From contig JAJRZK010000049.1 in the NCBI GenBank assembly GCA_024275315.1, forward strand, positions 74,577 to 138,576: a stretch of DNA of 64,000 bases, read 5' to 3'. A program made the translations under genes and the position numbers. The stretch's first letter is position 1, and every line of letters starts with the position of its first letter. This stretch comes from Nitrospirota bacterium. Lineage in GTDB: Bacteria; Nitrospinota_A; UBA7883. The notes under the pieces are model-generated. The model was given only the letters and a program-made list of their open reading frames with translations. It did no database searches and had not been told where the DNA came from. This document shows positions 47,301 to 58,281 of the stretch, piece by piece.

Positions 47301-48730
47301 CGTTTCCACGTTCGGGGCTGGCCACGGATCATTACCAGCTTACGATGATGCAGGGATACTTCGCCACCGGGCTGAACGGACGTGACGCCTGTTTCGACCT
47401 GTTTTTCCGCAGCAACCCCTTTAATGGTGGCTACACGTTAACCGCGGGGCTCGATGACGCTCTGCGGTTTTTAGAAGAGCTTCGGTTCTATCCGGACGAC
47501 ATCGAATATCTGGAGGGGCTGGGCCTGTTCGGGCCGGAATTCCTCGAGTACCTGGAGAGTTTCAGATTCACCGGCGACGTGTTCGCCGCCCCTGAAGGGA
47601 CTGTCATGTTTCCCACGGAACCTGTCGCAAGGGTAATCGCGAAACTGGACCAATGCCAGCTTGTGGAGTCGGCTTTGCTGAACATCATCAATTTTCAGTC
47701 CCTGATAGCGACAAAGGCGGCGAGGGTATGCCATGAAGCCGGAGAGGACAACGTGCTGGAGTTCGGGTTGCGCCGCGCCCAGGGGCACGACGGCGCGCTG
47801 ACTGCCGCGAGAGCGGCCTATATCGGCGGATGCGCGGCCACGTCGAACGTGGAAGCGGGCAAGGTATACGGCATACCCGTGCGTGGCACCCACGCCCATT
47901 CATGGGTCACGGCTTTTCCGGACGAGATAACCGCCTTCAGGAAGTTTGTTGAATTGTATCCGGACAACTCCATTTTGCTGGTGGACACCTATGACACGTT
48001 GAACAGCGGCGTTCCCGCGGCCATACAGGTCGGCCTGGAGATGAAACGAAACGGCCGCAAGCTTGCCGGTATCAGGCTGGACAGCGGCGATCTCGCTTTT
48101 TTATCCATCCGGGCGCGCAAAATGCTCGACGAAGCCGGGCTTGCCGATACGGCGATCGTCTGCTCCTCGGAGCTTGACGAGTTCATAATCCACGACCTTA
48201 ACGCGCAGGGCGCCAGGATAGATATTTTTGGAGTCGGCACGAAGCTGATAAGCGCCAATGGCGACCCTTCCCTGTCCGGTGTGTATAAAATGGCCGCCAT
48301 ACGGGAGCGGGGCGGACAATGGCGAGACACCATAAAAAAAACCGAGGGTTTGAAGAAAGCCACGTTGCCGGGTGTAAAACAGGTGTGGCGCCTGTTCGAT
48401 CACGATAACGAGATGATGGGGGACATCATAGAACTGGAGGACGAAAAACCAGATTTTTCCGGCGGTATACAGGGCGTACATCCCTTTCTCAAGGATGTCG
48501 GCAAAACTTATGATGGTATAAAATCCGCCGACAAGCTGCTGGCGCCTTCGATGGTTAATGGCCGCCGCCTGGCCGAATCACCGTCGCTCCTGCAAATACG
48601 CGCCCGGGCGAAAGAGGAGTTGGATCGACTGCATCCCACGACACGCAGGTTGCTTAACCCCCATGAATACAAAGTCAGCGTAGGCCCGCGATTGAACGAG
48701 CTCACGCAGAAGCTTCGATCCGCGCCGTGA
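47297..48730 (+). CDS. pncB: Nicotinate phosphoribosyltransferase PncB
   Basis: 'ATDHYQLTMMQGYF', 'DTYDT', 'GIRLDSGDL'. ATGA overlap with pncA. Confidence 0.85.
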   Translation: MTFPRSGLATDHYQLTMMQGYFATGLNGRDACFDLFFRSNPFNGGYTLTAGLDDALRFLEELRFYPDDIEYLEGLGLFGPEFLEYLESFRFTGDVFAAPEGTVMFPTEPVARVIAKLDQCQLVESALLNIINFQSLIATKAARVCHEAGEDNVLEFGLRRAQGHDGALTAARAAYIGGCAATSNVEAGKVYGIPVRGTHAHSWVTAFPDEITAFRKFVELYPDNSILLVDTYDTLNSGVPAAIQVGLEMKRNGRKLAGIRLDSGDLAFLSIRARKMLDEAGLADTAIVCSSELDEFIIHDLNAQGARIDIFGVGTKLISANGDPSLSGVYKMAAIRERGGQWRDTIKKTEGLKKATLPGVKQVWRLFDHDNEMMGDIIELEDEKPDFSGGIQGVHPFLKDVGKTYDGIKSADKLLAPSMVNGRRLAESPSLLQIRARAKEELDRLHPTTRRLLNPHEYKVSVGPRLNELTQKLRSAP

Positions 48731-48901
48731 CTTTATGAACACGAAAATTGGAGCTTTCCACATATGATCAGATGTTGTACAGTCGATAGATCTGGAACGA
48801 GTCTTGGAGGTGTACAAAGTTAAATGAGTTCCATCGTCCGCCATGGGCGGCGCATCGTTTCGTTGCGCCGGCTTTATTAATTTTCAGCAATAGGAGTAGA
48901 T

Positions 48902-49444
48902 ATGAGAAAGGGAATTTTTTTAACTGTGATGTTCGCCTGTTTTTTCCTGGTGATGTCTGTAGGCCTGTCCGAAGCGTCGAACCCGTGCAACCCGTGCAAT
49001 CCCTGCTCTAAAAAGACGGGCTCCAAGGGAGACGCCAAGAAGCAGATTCGAGCCAAGCATATCACTGATTACAAAAAGCTTGTCGCCATGGGCAAAAAAA
49101 TGTGGAACGACGAGAGCCTGAACGATTCAGGAATGTCGTGCATGACCTGCCATGCGGACCACGAGAACCTGAATCTCGACAAATACCACGGCTTGTGGCC
49201 CCACAACGTAAAAGGTATGACCGACGACATTGTCACTTTGTCCCAGATGATAAACTACTGCCTGATAAACCCGATGGAATCGAAACCGCTGGACTATAAC
49301 AGCATCCATATGACCGCCATGACGGCCTATTACAGGGAATACATAAAAACCTATAAAGGGGCAAATCCCTGTTCGATGAAAAACAACCCCTGCAACCCGT
49401 GCTCGATGAAGAAGAAAAATCCCTGCAACCCATGCGGTCGGTAG
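48902..49444 (+). CDS. Secreted monoheme cytochrome c flanked by N- and C-terminal (N)PC repeat motifs
   Basis: Signal peptide. 'SNPCNPCNPCS' at the N-terminus, 'CMTCH' heme site, C-terminal 'NPCSMKNNPCNPCSMKKKNPCNPCG'. Confidence 0.65.
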   Translation: MRKGIFLTVMFACFFLVMSVGLSEASNPCNPCNPCSKKTGSKGDAKKQIRAKHITDYKKLVAMGKKMWNDESLNDSGMSCMTCHADHENLNLDKYHGLWPHNVKGMTDDIVTLSQMINYCLINPMESKPLDYNSIHMTAMTAYYREYIKTYKGANPCSMKNNPCNPCSMKKKNPCNPCGR

Positions 49445-50613
49445 ATGTCGCACTACTAGCGCTATTGGTGTCGGCCACGGCTTTTTCGGGCCGGGCCGGC
49501 GCTTTTGAATTTACAGAGCACTGGCGCCAGCCCATACCGCTCCAGGGGCCGGTTCCACCCGGATTCGACGAGACCGAAAGCTCTCTCGATCCCGAAGACT
49601 GCGGGCAATGCCACGAGTCGCAATATAATGACTGGATCAAAAGCAGGCACGCTTTAGCCGCCGGTCCCGGCCTGATGGGGCAGCTACATCCGCCGTTTCT
49701 GGGAAGTGAGACGGTCGAGATGTGCCTGGATTGCCATGCGCCGTTGGGTGAGCAGAGGATATACGTCCGGGGGGAAAGAGGGAAGTATACAAAAAATCCC
49801 GATCTGGACGCCAAACTTCTGTCTAAAGGATTGACCTGCGCCGGATGTCATGTCCGCAAGCACAAACGGTATGGACCCGTTCCGAAAAAAACAGTGGATC
49901 CGCCACTGCCTCATGAAGGTTTTGTGGCGGTGGAAAACTTTGGATCGTCACGGTTTTGCCGCCCTTGCCACCAGTTCGAAAAGCATCACAGGAGGATAAA
50001 CGGCAAGCTTGTGGAAGATACGTACGAACAGTGGAAAAACAGCGAATACTCAAAAAAGGGCGTGTCCTGCGCCGGATGCCATATGCCCGGCAGGAGACAC
50101 CTGTGGAAAGGGATCCACGACCCCGCCATGGTGAAAAAGGGTATTCATATCGAAGCTGTCAAACAGGGTCGAGTCGTAAAGGTGACTGTGACAAACAGCG
50201 GAGCGGGGCACTATTTTCCCACTTACGTAACACCGATGGTCTTTGTGCGGTCGGCGGTTACGCTCCATGGCAAAACCGAGCTTGTGGACGAAAAATATAT
50301 CGGCTGGAACGTGGAACTGGACCTTTCAAAAGAGAATTTCGACACCAGGATACCACCGGGACAAAGCGTCTCTTTCAATTTCAATATGCCTGACAAGGCG
50401 GTGAAAGGAAAATTCACGGTGGCGGTCATCGTGTACCCGGACCGGTTCTACAATCGGTTTTTCCGATGGATACTCGACGCAAAACCCGAAGGGGCGGACC
50501 TTGCCATGATCGGGCGAGCGTTCAGGGATACGCAAAGCTCCCGCTACGTGTTATTCAGCAAAAGCTGGAAAGCGCTGGGGTTGATCAACCGGTCCGCCCC
50601 CTCGCCAAATTAA
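49432..50613 (+). CDS. Pentaheme c-type cytochrome
   Basis: Signal peptide. 'CGQCH', 'CLDCH', 'CAGCH', 'CRPCH', 'CAGCH'. Confidence 0.7.
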   Translation: MRSVDVALLALLVSATAFSGRAGAFEFTEHWRQPIPLQGPVPPGFDETESSLDPEDCGQCHESQYNDWIKSRHALAAGPGLMGQLHPPFLGSETVEMCLDCHAPLGEQRIYVRGERGKYTKNPDLDAKLLSKGLTCAGCHVRKHKRYGPVPKKTVDPPLPHEGFVAVENFGSSRFCRPCHQFEKHHRRINGKLVEDTYEQWKNSEYSKKGVSCAGCHMPGRRHLWKGIHDPAMVKKGIHIEAVKQGRVVKVTVTNSGAGHYFPTYVTPMVFVRSAVTLHGKTELVDEKYIGWNVELDLSKENFDTRIPPGQSVSFNFNMPDKAVKGKFTVAVIVYPDRFYNRFFRWILDAKPEGADLAMIGRAFRDTQSSRYVLFSKSWKALGLINRSAPSPN

Positions 50614-51656
50614 TCCCACAACAGGTCAACCGTCGATTTTTCCTCTTCCAGCGGCAGTTCCGATTGCGCTGGTTGCGTCATGCGAATTTCAAACCCCATC
50701 TGCTCGTGCATGTCTATAAACGTATTAAGGGCCTTTGAGGCCCGGTCTATTATCGTGGGGTAACCGACCTCGGAAATGTCCTTGTCAAGGGTGGATATGA
50801 CGGCGTTTAATATGGAATCCTTCAGGTTTATCGATTCTATCGGCACAAGTTGCTGTGTCATGTACAGCTCCTCGGTAAGAGCCTTGAACGTTTCGAACAA
50901 TATATGGTCCTTGTCAATATTGAAAGTTTTAAAATCCACGGCGACGGCGTTGATCGCCGGCAGATGGGCGTAGGTGTAGAGATTTTCCAGCGAGTTGTTC
51001 AGCTCTCTTATAAACATAAGTATTTCCCGGACAAGATCGCGCATCTGCTGTATGTCTATATCTTTTTTGCGAAGGGCCTCTCTGAACTCGTTCAGGGTTT
51101 CGGTGTTGCTGTAATGGCTGATGCTGGCCTGGTTGAGCACAAGCTGGAGCGTGTTAAGGTAAAGCACGGCTGTCCGTTCGGCCCTGTGCAGGTTTTCGGT
51201 GGCGATATTGCGCAGGAAGTTCATGGTGGAAAGTTTGTCGAGGCTGATGAGGCGCATGAAGTCGTCCTTCCCAAGGATGATGCCTGGTATTCGATCCTTG
51301 GCCAGCACACCGGCCGAGCGTTCCAGTCCGGTGAAAAAGGAGTTTTCCCCCACTATTGTAGGGCCGGGTATCTCCGCCATCTGCTCAGATCCGCCCTGGC
51401 CGCCTCTGTCCACTGTTTTCCTGATAAACACTTTGCCGGCCAGTATGATGACCATCTGGTCAAGGTTTTCGGTTCCTTCGCTGATAACGAACTCGTTCGG
51501 ACCCCAGAACCTGACCTCGGATCTGGATATCCGCGCCAACTGTGGTTGGGACAATCCCTTGAGCTCGTTGATACGGTTAAGAACGTTCTGGATGATCCTG
51601 GGGCTGTATTGCCGCCCGGGTTTGATTACAATAGTGTTGTCAGCTTTACCGGCCAT
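50610..51656 (-). CDS. Cyclic-nucleotide-binding (cNMP/CAP-like) domain protein with uncharacterised C-terminal domain
   Basis: The N-terminal region has the cNMP-binding beta-roll pattern ('FVISEGTENLDQMVIILAGKV...IVGENSFF'). Confidence 0.55.
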   Translation of the reverse strand: MAGKADNTIVIKPGRQYSPRIIQNVLNRINELKGLSQPQLARISRSEVRFWGPNEFVISEGTENLDQMVIILAGKVFIRKTVDRGGQGGSEQMAEIPGPTIVGENSFFTGLERSAGVLAKDRIPGIILGKDDFMRLISLDKLSTMNFLRNIATENLHRAERTAVLYLNTLQLVLNQASISHYSNTETLNEFREALRKKDIDIQQMRDLVREILMFIRELNNSLENLYTYAHLPAINAVAVDFKTFNIDKDHILFETFKALTEELYMTQQLVPIESINLKDSILNAVISTLDKDISEVGYPTIIDRASKALNTFIDMHEQMGFEIRMTQPAQSELPLEEEKSTVDLLWD

Positions 51657-51805
51657 ATGTGTCTCCCCCTGGGTTTACGCGGCTCTTCATGGCGCCGTCC
51701 CCCGAATAGCGCCATTGCAGCATAGCGATTATTGTAATCCTCATAACCCGGCGTGTAAAGCATGGTTAATACCGTCCTGGAGCAATGACGAAATCACCGG
51801 TACGG

Positions 51806-52849
51806 CTAAGCGCGTCCCCATAACCGTTTCACCGCGTCCTTTACCTCTTTTATGTCGATACGTGTCATGCAGTGATCCCCCTTGTGGGGACACCCTTTCT
51901 GGTCGCAGGGCATGCACTCCATCGGGTCGGGAGTGATAATGATCTTGTCGGCGCCCACCGGAGCCCAGATTGATGGATCCGAGGGACCGAACAGGGCCAC
52001 CAGCGGAACACCAAGCGCGCCTGCCATATGCATCGGTCCGGAATCGTTGCATACCAGGAGGCTCGACCTCACCAGCAGGGCGCCAAGCTCCCCGAGCGAC
52101 AGGTCGGTAAAATATGGCAAGGCGTAACCGGAAGCTTTTCGTATGGAATGAATCTCCTGCACGTCCGCTTCAGAACCCGCCAGTATCACCGCGGCTCCCA
52201 TTTCATCGACCAGCCACCGGGCCAGGATCCCCATCCTGGCCGATGGCCATCTTTTTGTATCAACCCTGGCGCCCGGATGGAGGGTTACCGTTGGCCTGTC
52301 AAACATCAGGCCGGCGTCCTCGAGCCTGCGCTTCATCGATTCTGATTTGTCCTCCGGGATATCCAGAAAAAATTCGGGTGTTTCCGGCCATTCGATACCC
52401 AGGGGCCTTATGGTGAGGAACTGGACGCGCCAGCTATGATCCAGCGGGTCGGGGGACTCAGCGTGGAGATTGTAGCACAACCGGTTCCTGAGCCTGAACG
52501 GGTGCCCCGCCCGGATGGGGGCGCCGGTGAGGGCTGTGGTAAAAGCCCCGCGGGGACCAGTCTGCAGGTCCACCACAATGTCATATTTCCCCTTACGCAA
52601 CTCCCTGATTCGCGTGATTTCGTGTTTTAGCCCCATTCCTTTGGAACGCCGCGGGTTGATGACAATCTTGTCCATGTTAGGATTGTTGGCCAGTATCTCA
52701 ACAAAAATGTCATCAACGAGAAAATGTATCGACGCACCGGGGAACCTGTGGCGCAACGCCGCAAGGGTGGGGTTTGATAGGAGTATGTCGCCTATGGAGC
52801 GGTATCTGATTACGAGTATTTTTTTTATCGAGTCGAGATCGAATTTCAT
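51806..52849 (-). CDS. ADP-heptose:LPS heptosyltransferase (GT9 family)
   Basis: 'ILVIRYRSIGDILLSNPTLAALR', 'VCNDSGPMHMAGALGVPLVALFGPS'. Confidence 0.8.
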   Translation of the reverse strand: MKFDLDSIKKILVIRYRSIGDILLSNPTLAALRHRFPGASIHFLVDDIFVEILANNPNMDKIVINPRRSKGMGLKHEITRIRELRKGKYDIVVDLQTGPRGAFTTALTGAPIRAGHPFRLRNRLCYNLHAESPDPLDHSWRVQFLTIRPLGIEWPETPEFFLDIPEDKSESMKRRLEDAGLMFDRPTVTLHPGARVDTKRWPSARMGILARWLVDEMGAAVILAGSEADVQEIHSIRKASGYALPYFTDLSLGELGALLVRSSLLVCNDSGPMHMAGALGVPLVALFGPSDPSIWAPVGADKIIITPDPMECMPCDQKGCPHKGDHCMTRIDIKEVKDAVKRLWGRA

Positions 52850-52925
52850 TATGACAACACACTGTTACCGGAGTTGACGCACAACACAGCGACCGGGGAT
52901 ATGGACCGCCTGGTCTCATTACCTG

Positions 52926-54086
52926 TCAAACCGGAGCCTTGCCCATCGACCAGACGAGTTTCTCCAGCTTTTCAAAGACCCTGTATCCGGCGTATTTTAC
53001 AAGGTACAGCGCCGTACCGAAAAATGATCGGCCAAACGCCCGCCTGAAATTTTCCGCCGCCCGCCTGCGCCACTTAAAACCGGGATGCTGGCATGTCAAC
53101 CCTTCAGCCACAGGTATCAGAAAACCCGATCGCAACCTCATTCTCTCTTCGGTGACACCTCCAGATACTATATCAAGCGCTTTTTTCATCCTGTGCCTGT
53201 ACGTGTGGCCCGACATGACCAGCCTTTCCGCGCTGGCTCCCATGCGGATCCGTTTTTCATCGTCGTCCAGCAGTGCTTTTGCGACATTCGGCGCGTCGTC
53301 AAAATCGTGAAACACCATGTTCTCACCTTCCGTGAAGATTGTTTCGCACCCCTCGTCGATCCAGCCCTGGTTAATCACCACCGCCCCCGCGCAAGAAGCC
53401 TCGAAACTGCGCACGTTCAGGTCGCGTCGGGCGAGCACGTTATAAACCAGCTTGCACCGGCTGTAGAATAGCCCTATCTCTTCATAGCTCAGGTATCGGT
53501 CGTTAGTGGTGATTTTCATTCCACTCTTTTCGAACGCTTTGAAATAACGTTGTTTCTGCCCCGTTACGCTTCCAACATAACCTATTTCAATATCCCGTTC
53601 CACACCGAAATTGCGATGGAACACCTCATCCGCGGCGAAGGGTAGCCAATGGATGTTCTTTCTGCCGTACCGCCTCGCCAGCTTCATGCGGTTTACCTGG
53701 GCGAAAAAACAGTAGTCAAACAACGCCGCTGCTTCCTTGTTCCAACGGAAATTGAGGTAATTGTCATACATCCAGTACGCGGTGGGTATCTCGATATCCG
53801 CCAACCGTTTGGGCAGAAACGGCGTACCGGTGGAGCTTTCGACCATAAGGAAAATATCCGGTGTGGCGCCACAGCTTTTGAGAAGCTCCGGCGCGTCTAC
53901 GTCCGGGGCCACTTTCAGCCAATCGTCCGGGGCGTTCTTGGTGGGGGTGAAAGGTATGACGTTGTGCCCCATCCTTTCAAGGGCTGTACAGGCGAAATGC
54001 CCTGTCTGGCCTACCTTGTAGTTTGTTCCGAAAAGAATGGTGAGAGGTTTGCCGTTGGATGAGGATATTGCGTCGATACCAGACAT
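52926..54086 (-). CDS. Glycosyltransferase, CgeB-like/GT1-related (hypothetical)
   Basis: 386 aa. Rossmann-like C-terminal region similar to spore-maturation CgeB-type transferases. Weak motif support. Confidence 0.45.
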   Translation of the reverse strand: MSGIDAISSSNGKPLTILFGTNYKVGQTGHFACTALERMGHNVIPFTPTKNAPDDWLKVAPDVDAPELLKSCGATPDIFLMVESSTGTPFLPKRLADIEIPTAYWMYDNYLNFRWNKEAAALFDYCFFAQVNRMKLARRYGRKNIHWLPFAADEVFHRNFGVERDIEIGYVGSVTGQKQRYFKAFEKSGMKITTNDRYLSYEEIGLFYSRCKLVYNVLARRDLNVRSFEASCAGAVVINQGWIDEGCETIFTEGENMVFHDFDDAPNVAKALLDDDEKRIRMGASAERLVMSGHTYRHRMKKALDIVSGGVTEERMRLRSGFLIPVAEGLTCQHPGFKWRRRAAENFRRAFGRSFFGTALYLVKYAGYRVFEKLEKLVWSMGKAPV

Positions 54087-54267
54087 GTTTAATTAAATAT
54101 TGTTATTTTCGTCACACTGTTGACGTTTATAGTGAATTAGTGTACATTAAGCGCGTAAAGGTCAACGGATCGATTCAGCGATTTAACCTTCCAAGTTCGT
54201 CGATACCCATTATAGCGGTTTTTGTGTTTTAGGTTTGTACCACAAAAATCTTTGGGGAGGACGATCA

Positions 54268-54720
54268 ATGATAAGACCCGGAAAACAGCAAAGTAACAAT
54301 CGTAAAGGTTTCACCCTGATTGAGCTTCTGATGGTAGTCTCGATTATCGGGGCGCTGGCGGCCATAGCGCTACCTGAGTTTCAGAGTTATCGCAAACGGG
54401 CGTATAACGCCACCGCGATGAGCGACATCGCCCAGTTTCGTGGCGCGGTTGTAAACGAAGAAAACCCCACCACATTTATGAGCGTCGATACCGCAGGGGC
54501 CCACAGCAAGTTTTCGGATGTCAAGATCAGCCCGAACGTCCGTGTGCTTTCTGTTTCCTCGATGGCCGCGGGGGTTAACGTGTTCTACGCCTACGCCTGC
54601 AACACCATCGGGGACACCGGATATTTCATACTGGTGCCATACGGCGAATCCAACCCGTTCGCTATCACGCCCAACCAGATCCTGGAAAGCCCCGTTTACG
54701 CCACGGCGGCGGGTTGTTGA
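54268..54720 (+). CDS. Type IV pilin/pseudopilin (prepilin N-methylation site)
   Basis: 'RKGFTLIELLMVVSIIGALAAIALP' class III signal. GGGGAGG RBS. Confidence 0.8.
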   Translation: MIRPGKQQSNNRKGFTLIELLMVVSIIGALAAIALPEFQSYRKRAYNATAMSDIAQFRGAVVNEENPTTFMSVDTAGAHSKFSDVKISPNVRVLSVSSMAAGVNVFYAYACNTIGDTGYFILVPYGESNPFAITPNQILESPVYATAAGC

Positions 54721-54868
54721 CAATCAGGCAAGACGTGCAATCTGGCGTGGATGGCGCCTGGAGCCATCATCCCAGGTTTGTTATATATTGCGGCTTGCGA
54801 TGGATGTGACGTGCGGCGCCATGCCTTCAAGGTGGTCTTCTTGGCCCGGTCACGCGGTTTAGCGGGAG

Positions 54869-56971
54869 ATGAAGAGACGTTATTATCCGATCGTGTTCGC
54901 GGCTGGCCTAGCGGTTGTCCTTTTAACCATGCACTGGACAAATATCATGCCCGACAGGGATACCAGCGACAAGCAGGGTCGACCATCCGGCTCACACAAA
55001 AAAAACAGGCTGGCCGATTCCGACAGCCCTTACCTTCTGAAACACGCCGATAATCCGGTCGACTGGTATGAGTGGGGACCCGAGGCCCTGAAAAAAGCCA
55101 AAAAAGAAAACAAGCTCATCTTTCTGTCCATCGGGTACGCGGCTTGCCACTGGTGTAACGAGCTGGAAAAGGAATGCTTCGATCATCAGGACTTCGCGGA
55201 CGTGATAAACAAACGATATGTCAGTGTAAAAGTTGACAGGGAGCAACGGCCCGATCTCGACCAGATATACATGCAGGCCGCCGTGGCCATCACAGGCAGG
55301 GGAGGGTGGCCCAACAACGTGTTTCTGACGCCGGACCTCCACCCCGTCTACGCATCCGGTTTCCAGAAGCGTGAAGTTTTCAAACAACTGCTGGTTCGTG
55401 TGGATGACTACTGGAAGCAAAACAGCGAGGAGCTGACCAAGACAGGAGAAAAACTGAGCGCCTCTCTCAAATCTTTCATGGAGCGGGGAGGATCGTTTGA
55501 GCGGATAGACAACCTGGATATGGACCCGATTCGCTCGCAGATGGACTTGAAATATGGAGGGTTCGGCGAGGCCAGCAAGTTCCCGGTCACATCGATTCTC
55601 GAATTTCTGCTCACCGAGGGGGCTGACGATGATTTTCTCAAAACAACTCTCGACAACATGGCCAAAGGCGGGATGTTCGACCATGTGGGTGGAGGGTTTC
55701 ATCGTTATTCCGTCGACCGCCAATGGCAGACGCCCCATTTCGAGAAAATGCTCTACGACAACGCCCTTTTGGCCTCACTCTACGCGAGAGCTTCACTGCT
55801 GATCAAAGAACCCGAATATGGATATGTGGCCCGGCGAACTCTCGAGTTCATCGACAGGGAGCTGTCGAACCCGGACGGGGGTTTTTTGTCGTCCCTCGAC
55901 GCGGACAGCGACGGCAAAGAGGGTAAATTCTACACATGGACACTCGAACAGATAAACACCATCACCGGCGACGCCGGTTTCGCCGGGGACTACGGGATCA
56001 CCGACACGGGAAACATCGTGGAAACCGTAGTGACAAACCAGGGGACGGAGCAGGTAATGACGGGACAGAATGTTTTGAGGCTGACAGGCTATGACCGTCA
56101 CAGGGAATCGCTTTGGAAACTTTTCGAGCGCCGGTCGAAAAGAACCCGTCCGCCCCTGGATGACAAGGTCGTGTCGGCGTGGCACGCCCTGGCGGTGTCG
56201 GCCTTTGCCAGGGCGGGTGTGTGGCTCAACGAGCCGGAGATGATTAAAAGGGCGGAAAAAGGAGCGAGGTTCACACTGGAAAAGCTGGGATACTCTCGCA
56301 CATGGCGCTCCGGAAAATCCTCCGGAGAGGCGACCCTTAACGACCTGGCGTTTAGCGCGATGGCGTTTTGGGATCTGTTCGAGACCACCGGGAAAAATGA
56401 ATATCTCGAAAGCGCGTTGCGGTACGTGGACCACGCCAGGAAACACTACGGCGCAGGGGACGGAGGATATTACCTTGTGCGGCGAAAACCGTACCTCATA
56501 GCCCGGCCCCGGGTTGCCAGCGACAATCCCGTGCCAAACGCCGCCGCGGTTCTTGCGCGGGTGGACCTGCGCCTTTCGACAGCTATGGGCGAGCCTGGCC
56601 GGACGGCCGACGCGGCGAAAACGGCGGCGCACCTGATCGGAATATCGGGAGGCGCCAGTCTTTTTTCCGGCGAGTCGATGATCCTGCACAGGGAAACCTC
56701 CGCAGGCCCGGTGGAGGTTGTATACGCGTTCGCCGTGAACGAAACGGATAAAAACCGCTGGCTCGCAAGCGGGGTTACGCGCCAATGGGGTGTCGTCAGG
56801 ATACCACTGGGGGCCGATATGCTCGATCGGGCTCTGGCGCGGGGGCGTTACCCGGCCGAAAAGACGACGGCGTATGTCTGCCTGGACAACAGATGCCTTT
56901 CTCCCTCGGCCACCCCGGAAGACATATCTGTAAAACTAAAAAACCTGGAGACGGAAAAAAAACAATTATAA
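54869..56971 (+). CDS. Thioredoxin-domain protein YyaL (DUF255 + six-hairpin glycosidase-like domain)
   Basis: 'DWYEWGPEALKKAKKENKLIFLSIGYAACHWC', a (alpha/alpha)6-like C-terminal region. Confidence 0.8.
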   Translation: MKRRYYPIVFAAGLAVVLLTMHWTNIMPDRDTSDKQGRPSGSHKKNRLADSDSPYLLKHADNPVDWYEWGPEALKKAKKENKLIFLSIGYAACHWCNELEKECFDHQDFADVINKRYVSVKVDREQRPDLDQIYMQAAVAITGRGGWPNNVFLTPDLHPVYASGFQKREVFKQLLVRVDDYWKQNSEELTKTGEKLSASLKSFMERGGSFERIDNLDMDPIRSQMDLKYGGFGEASKFPVTSILEFLLTEGADDDFLKTTLDNMAKGGMFDHVGGGFHRYSVDRQWQTPHFEKMLYDNALLASLYARASLLIKEPEYGYVARRTLEFIDRELSNPDGGFLSSLDADSDGKEGKFYTWTLEQINTITGDAGFAGDYGITDTGNIVETVVTNQGTEQVMTGQNVLRLTGYDRHRESLWKLFERRSKRTRPPLDDKVVSAWHALAVSAFARAGVWLNEPEMIKRAEKGARFTLEKLGYSRTWRSGKSSGEATLNDLAFSAMAFWDLFETTGKNEYLESALRYVDHARKHYGAGDGGYYLVRRKPYLIARPRVASDNPVPNAAAVLARVDLRLSTAMGEPGRTADAAKTAAHLIGISGGASLFSGESMILHRETSAGPVEVVYAFAVNETDKNRWLASGVTRQWGVVRIPLGADMLDRALARGRYPAEKTTAYVCLDNRCLSPSATPEDISVKLKNLETEKKQL

Positions 56972-57132
56972 ACAAGGCCCGGGAGCAGGATAATATTCCT
57001 CCCGCCGGCCGGTCCGGCCAGCCGGTTTATGGTCCGGCCAGCCGGTTCGCTTGAAAACCTGCTTTTTCATATTATACTTGTCCCTTGACAACCGGCGTAT
57101 AAAACAGTTTCGGCGGAATCGGGGAGAACCAG

Positions 57133-58281
57133 GTGAAGAACAGACAAGAAGCGGAGCGGCTGGAAGAACGTGAGCTTTCATCTGTCGCGTCGATAAGTAG
57201 CAAGACACGCGGCCGCGTCCACCGCGAGGATGAACATCCGTATCGCACCGTATATACACGCGACCGGGACAGGATCATACACTGTTCCGCGTTCCGCAGG
57301 CTCGAATACAAAACTCAGGTTTTCCTCTACAACGAGGGAGACTACTACCGGACCAGGCTGACCCACACCCTGGAAGTGGCCCAGATCGCCCGGTCTATCG
57401 CAAGAGCGTTGTGGCTCAACGAAGACCTGACCGAAGCCATAGCGTTGAGCCACGACATGGGGCATCCCCCCTTCGGCCATTCCGGCGAACAGGCGCTCGA
57501 CGAGTTGATGAGCGGTTCGGGCGGGTTTGAACACAATCACCACACGTTGCGAATCGTGGACCATATAGAGCGCCGCTATCCCGATTTCCGGGGGCTTAAC
57601 CTTTCCTGGGAAACCAGGGAAGCCATCGCAAAGCACTCCGGCAAGCAGGACGACCCGCTATTAGAAGAGTTCGCAGCGTTTTCCCACCCTTCGCTGGAAG
57701 CCCAGATCGTCGACATGGCCGATTCCATAGCCTACAGCAGTCACGACCTGGACGACGGGTTGACTTCGGGCGTCATAAAAGAAGAAGACCTGGAAAATAT
57801 CGCGTTGTGGCGCAAAGCTACATACCTGATCAAAAAGAAAGTCTCCATAACCCGCAACGTCGCCATATACCAGGTGATACGCAGGATCATAGACTCCCAG
57901 GTGGGGGACATGATACGGCAGACGGAGAACAACCTGAAAAGATTCTCGGTGGACTCCGCAGACCAGGTGCGCGCGGCTCCACAAAGGTTGGCCGATTTTT
58001 CCGTCGATTTGCGCCGCGAACAAAAGGAGCTGAAGGATTTTCTGAGGGAAAAAATGTACCGGCACCACAGAGTGATCCGGATGGAGGAAAAAGCGGGCGG
58101 GGTGATAAGGGACCTTTTCAAAGCGTACAAGCGGAGGCCGGGGATGATGCCGGCGAATGTTTACAGCCAGATCGATAACGTGGAGAAGGACAGGCTCATT
58201 TGCGATTATATAGCCGGAATGACGGACCGGTTCGCCTTAGAGGAGCATAACAAGCTTTTCGACTCCCTGTCGCGGGTGTGA
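57133..58281 (+). CDS. dgt: dGTP triphosphohydrolase-like HD-domain protein
   Basis: 'RTRLTHTLEVAQIARSIA', 'HDMGHPPFGH'. Confidence 0.85.
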   Translation: MKNRQEAERLEERELSSVASISSKTRGRVHREDEHPYRTVYTRDRDRIIHCSAFRRLEYKTQVFLYNEGDYYRTRLTHTLEVAQIARSIARALWLNEDLTEAIALSHDMGHPPFGHSGEQALDELMSGSGGFEHNHHTLRIVDHIERRYPDFRGLNLSWETREAIAKHSGKQDDPLLEEFAAFSHPSLEAQIVDMADSIAYSSHDLDDGLTSGVIKEEDLENIALWRKATYLIKKKVSITRNVAIYQVIRRIIDSQVGDMIRQTENNLKRFSVDSADQVRAAPQRLADFSVDLRREQKELKDFLREKMYRHHRVIRMEEKAGGVIRDLFKAYKRRPGMMPANVYSQIDNVEKDRLICDYIAGMTDRFALEEHNKLFDSLSRV

